This document shows, piece by piece, positions 62,892 to 64,000 of a DNA stretch of 64,000 nucleotides; position 1 is the first letter of the stretch, and every line of letters begins with the position of its first letter. The notes under the pieces were generated by a model, which was not told where the DNA came from, searched no databases, and saw only the letters and a program-made list of their open reading frames with translations. The position numbers and the translations under genes are program-made. This stretch comes from Octopus sinensis (Eukaryota), in assembly GCF_006345805.1 (NCBI RefSeq), contig NC_043007.1, positions 43,834,001 to 43,898,000 on the forward strand, in the 5' to 3' direction.

Positions 62892-63218
62892 CTAGCAGTA
62901 TCGCCCGGCGTTGCTCGGGTTTGTTTCGACCCGCTAGAATTGTAATTTTGAAAAGTAAAAATTTTGTGAACATTTTTCTGGTCATAATACACCGAAAAGT
63001 GGCGACACAGCATAGTAAAAAGCATCTTTTTGATGTAAATAATTTTTGGTGTTAACATGGTCCGATTTGAATTTTATGTTCTACAGAAGGAAGAGCAACC
63101 CTTCTTCTATCATACTCTCAATTTTGGTCAACTTGCGCCGCAGGGTCTCGGAGGAGATAGTGTTAGTTGAAGGTTACCAAACGTGACGCACACAGACAAC
63201 TTTAGCTTTATATAGAGA
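62892..63218 (-). mobile_element. Non-autonomous Helitron (~327 bp)
   Basis: Minus strand A|TCTCTATATAAAG start; 3' hairpin CCCGAGCAACGCCGGG and CTAG|T end; A-T target with no TSD. Confidence 0.9.
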
Positions 63219-64000
63219 TAACACACACACATTAATACACATACATAGACACACACACACATGTATGTATGGATGTATATATGGGTACTTGTATCGCAGA
63301 GTGATCCCGGTTGCGCACACGCGGATTCGCGCGTGCGAGCCAGACGTAGGTACTCGATACTCGATCGCCCTTAAATAATTACTTTTTTTTACAGAAACGC
63401 GAACGTATATAACGCGCAAAATTATTCCGTAGAATTTATCAAATTAAATAACGCAAAATTAATATATTTTTTGAAATTGCAAATTATTTAGAATATAAAA
63501 ATCTGGCTGCTATTTCTAGGTGCCTGAGTAACAACCTCGCGGATTTACAGATAAATGAATTAATTACTATTTTACAGAATAAAATTAAATAATTCTTGAA
63601 AATTAATTAATATTAATATTTTTTGAACAAAGTAAATAATTTTTAAAACTTAAATAATAATTTTTTTTACACAAACGCGAACGGGGAAAAGGGGGTGGCG
63701 AATTCGATTTTTTTATTTTCGTTGAATGAATATAAAAAATGTGTAATATATGTTGTACATACCTAAATTTTTTCTTTTTCATGACATTGTAGCAAAATAG
63801 TAGTGAATTATATAAATACCAGCAGTACATTTTTTTTTCTGGGGTATTTTTTTCAACCTCGTCACATATTTGCCCCTTTCAATTTAAACAAAGTCTTAAT
63901 TAAGCAATTACGGCAGCTTAGCAATGGTTTCAATACAGGCGTGACATGTGTATCTCAATTGTTCAAAACCCTTCGAATTTTTTCGCACGTGATGATATCA

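Noticed and set aside
62684-63058. 124-aa ORF as a single gene
   Set aside because: It is a chance fusion of a non-autonomous Helitron with a helicase C-terminal remnant.
63285-64000. CpG-rich patch and repeated TTAAATAAT..TTTTTACA(G/C)AAACGCGAACG, possibly a DNA transposon end
   Set aside because: No partner TIR or coding region within the window, so it cannot be classified.

Overview
This is eukaryotic, AT-rich, microsatellite-saturated DNA made almost entirely of transposable elements and simple repeats. The SINE families and repeat landscape point to a coleoid cephalopod such as Octopus (inference from recalled repeat families, not a database result). No host gene can be identified, and most ORFs in the track are microsatellite artefacts. 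Recognisable elements: a young, near-intact CR1-group LINE (57654-61400, minus; CCCH-finger ORF1, APE-RT ORF2 with two frameshifts); R4/Dong LINEs, one near full-length with a nested mariner; two RTE-BovB remnants; an L1/Tx1 fragment; a Penelope RT remnant; several mariner/Tc1 and hAT elements and MITEs; Helitron pieces; and about 25 copies of three tRNA-derived SINE families. The most striking signal is RNA-structural. About 10 type I hammerhead ribozyme (HHR) motifs with intact CUGANGA/GAAA cores and about 10 decayed ones occur here, from many unrelated families, almost all with a palindromic stem III and often in divergent inverted pairs. The best case is 14177-14861: two tandem ~363-bp units, each holding a 267-bp near-perfect palindrome with an intact HHR on each strand. 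This is a retrozyme/viroid-like ambisense architecture. In addition, the dominant SINE shares a covarying 3' stem-loop with the CR1-group LINE, and one SINE appears to have inserted as a head-less concatemer. All alignments and folds were done by eye, so element boundaries are approximate unless TIRs or TSDs are quoted.
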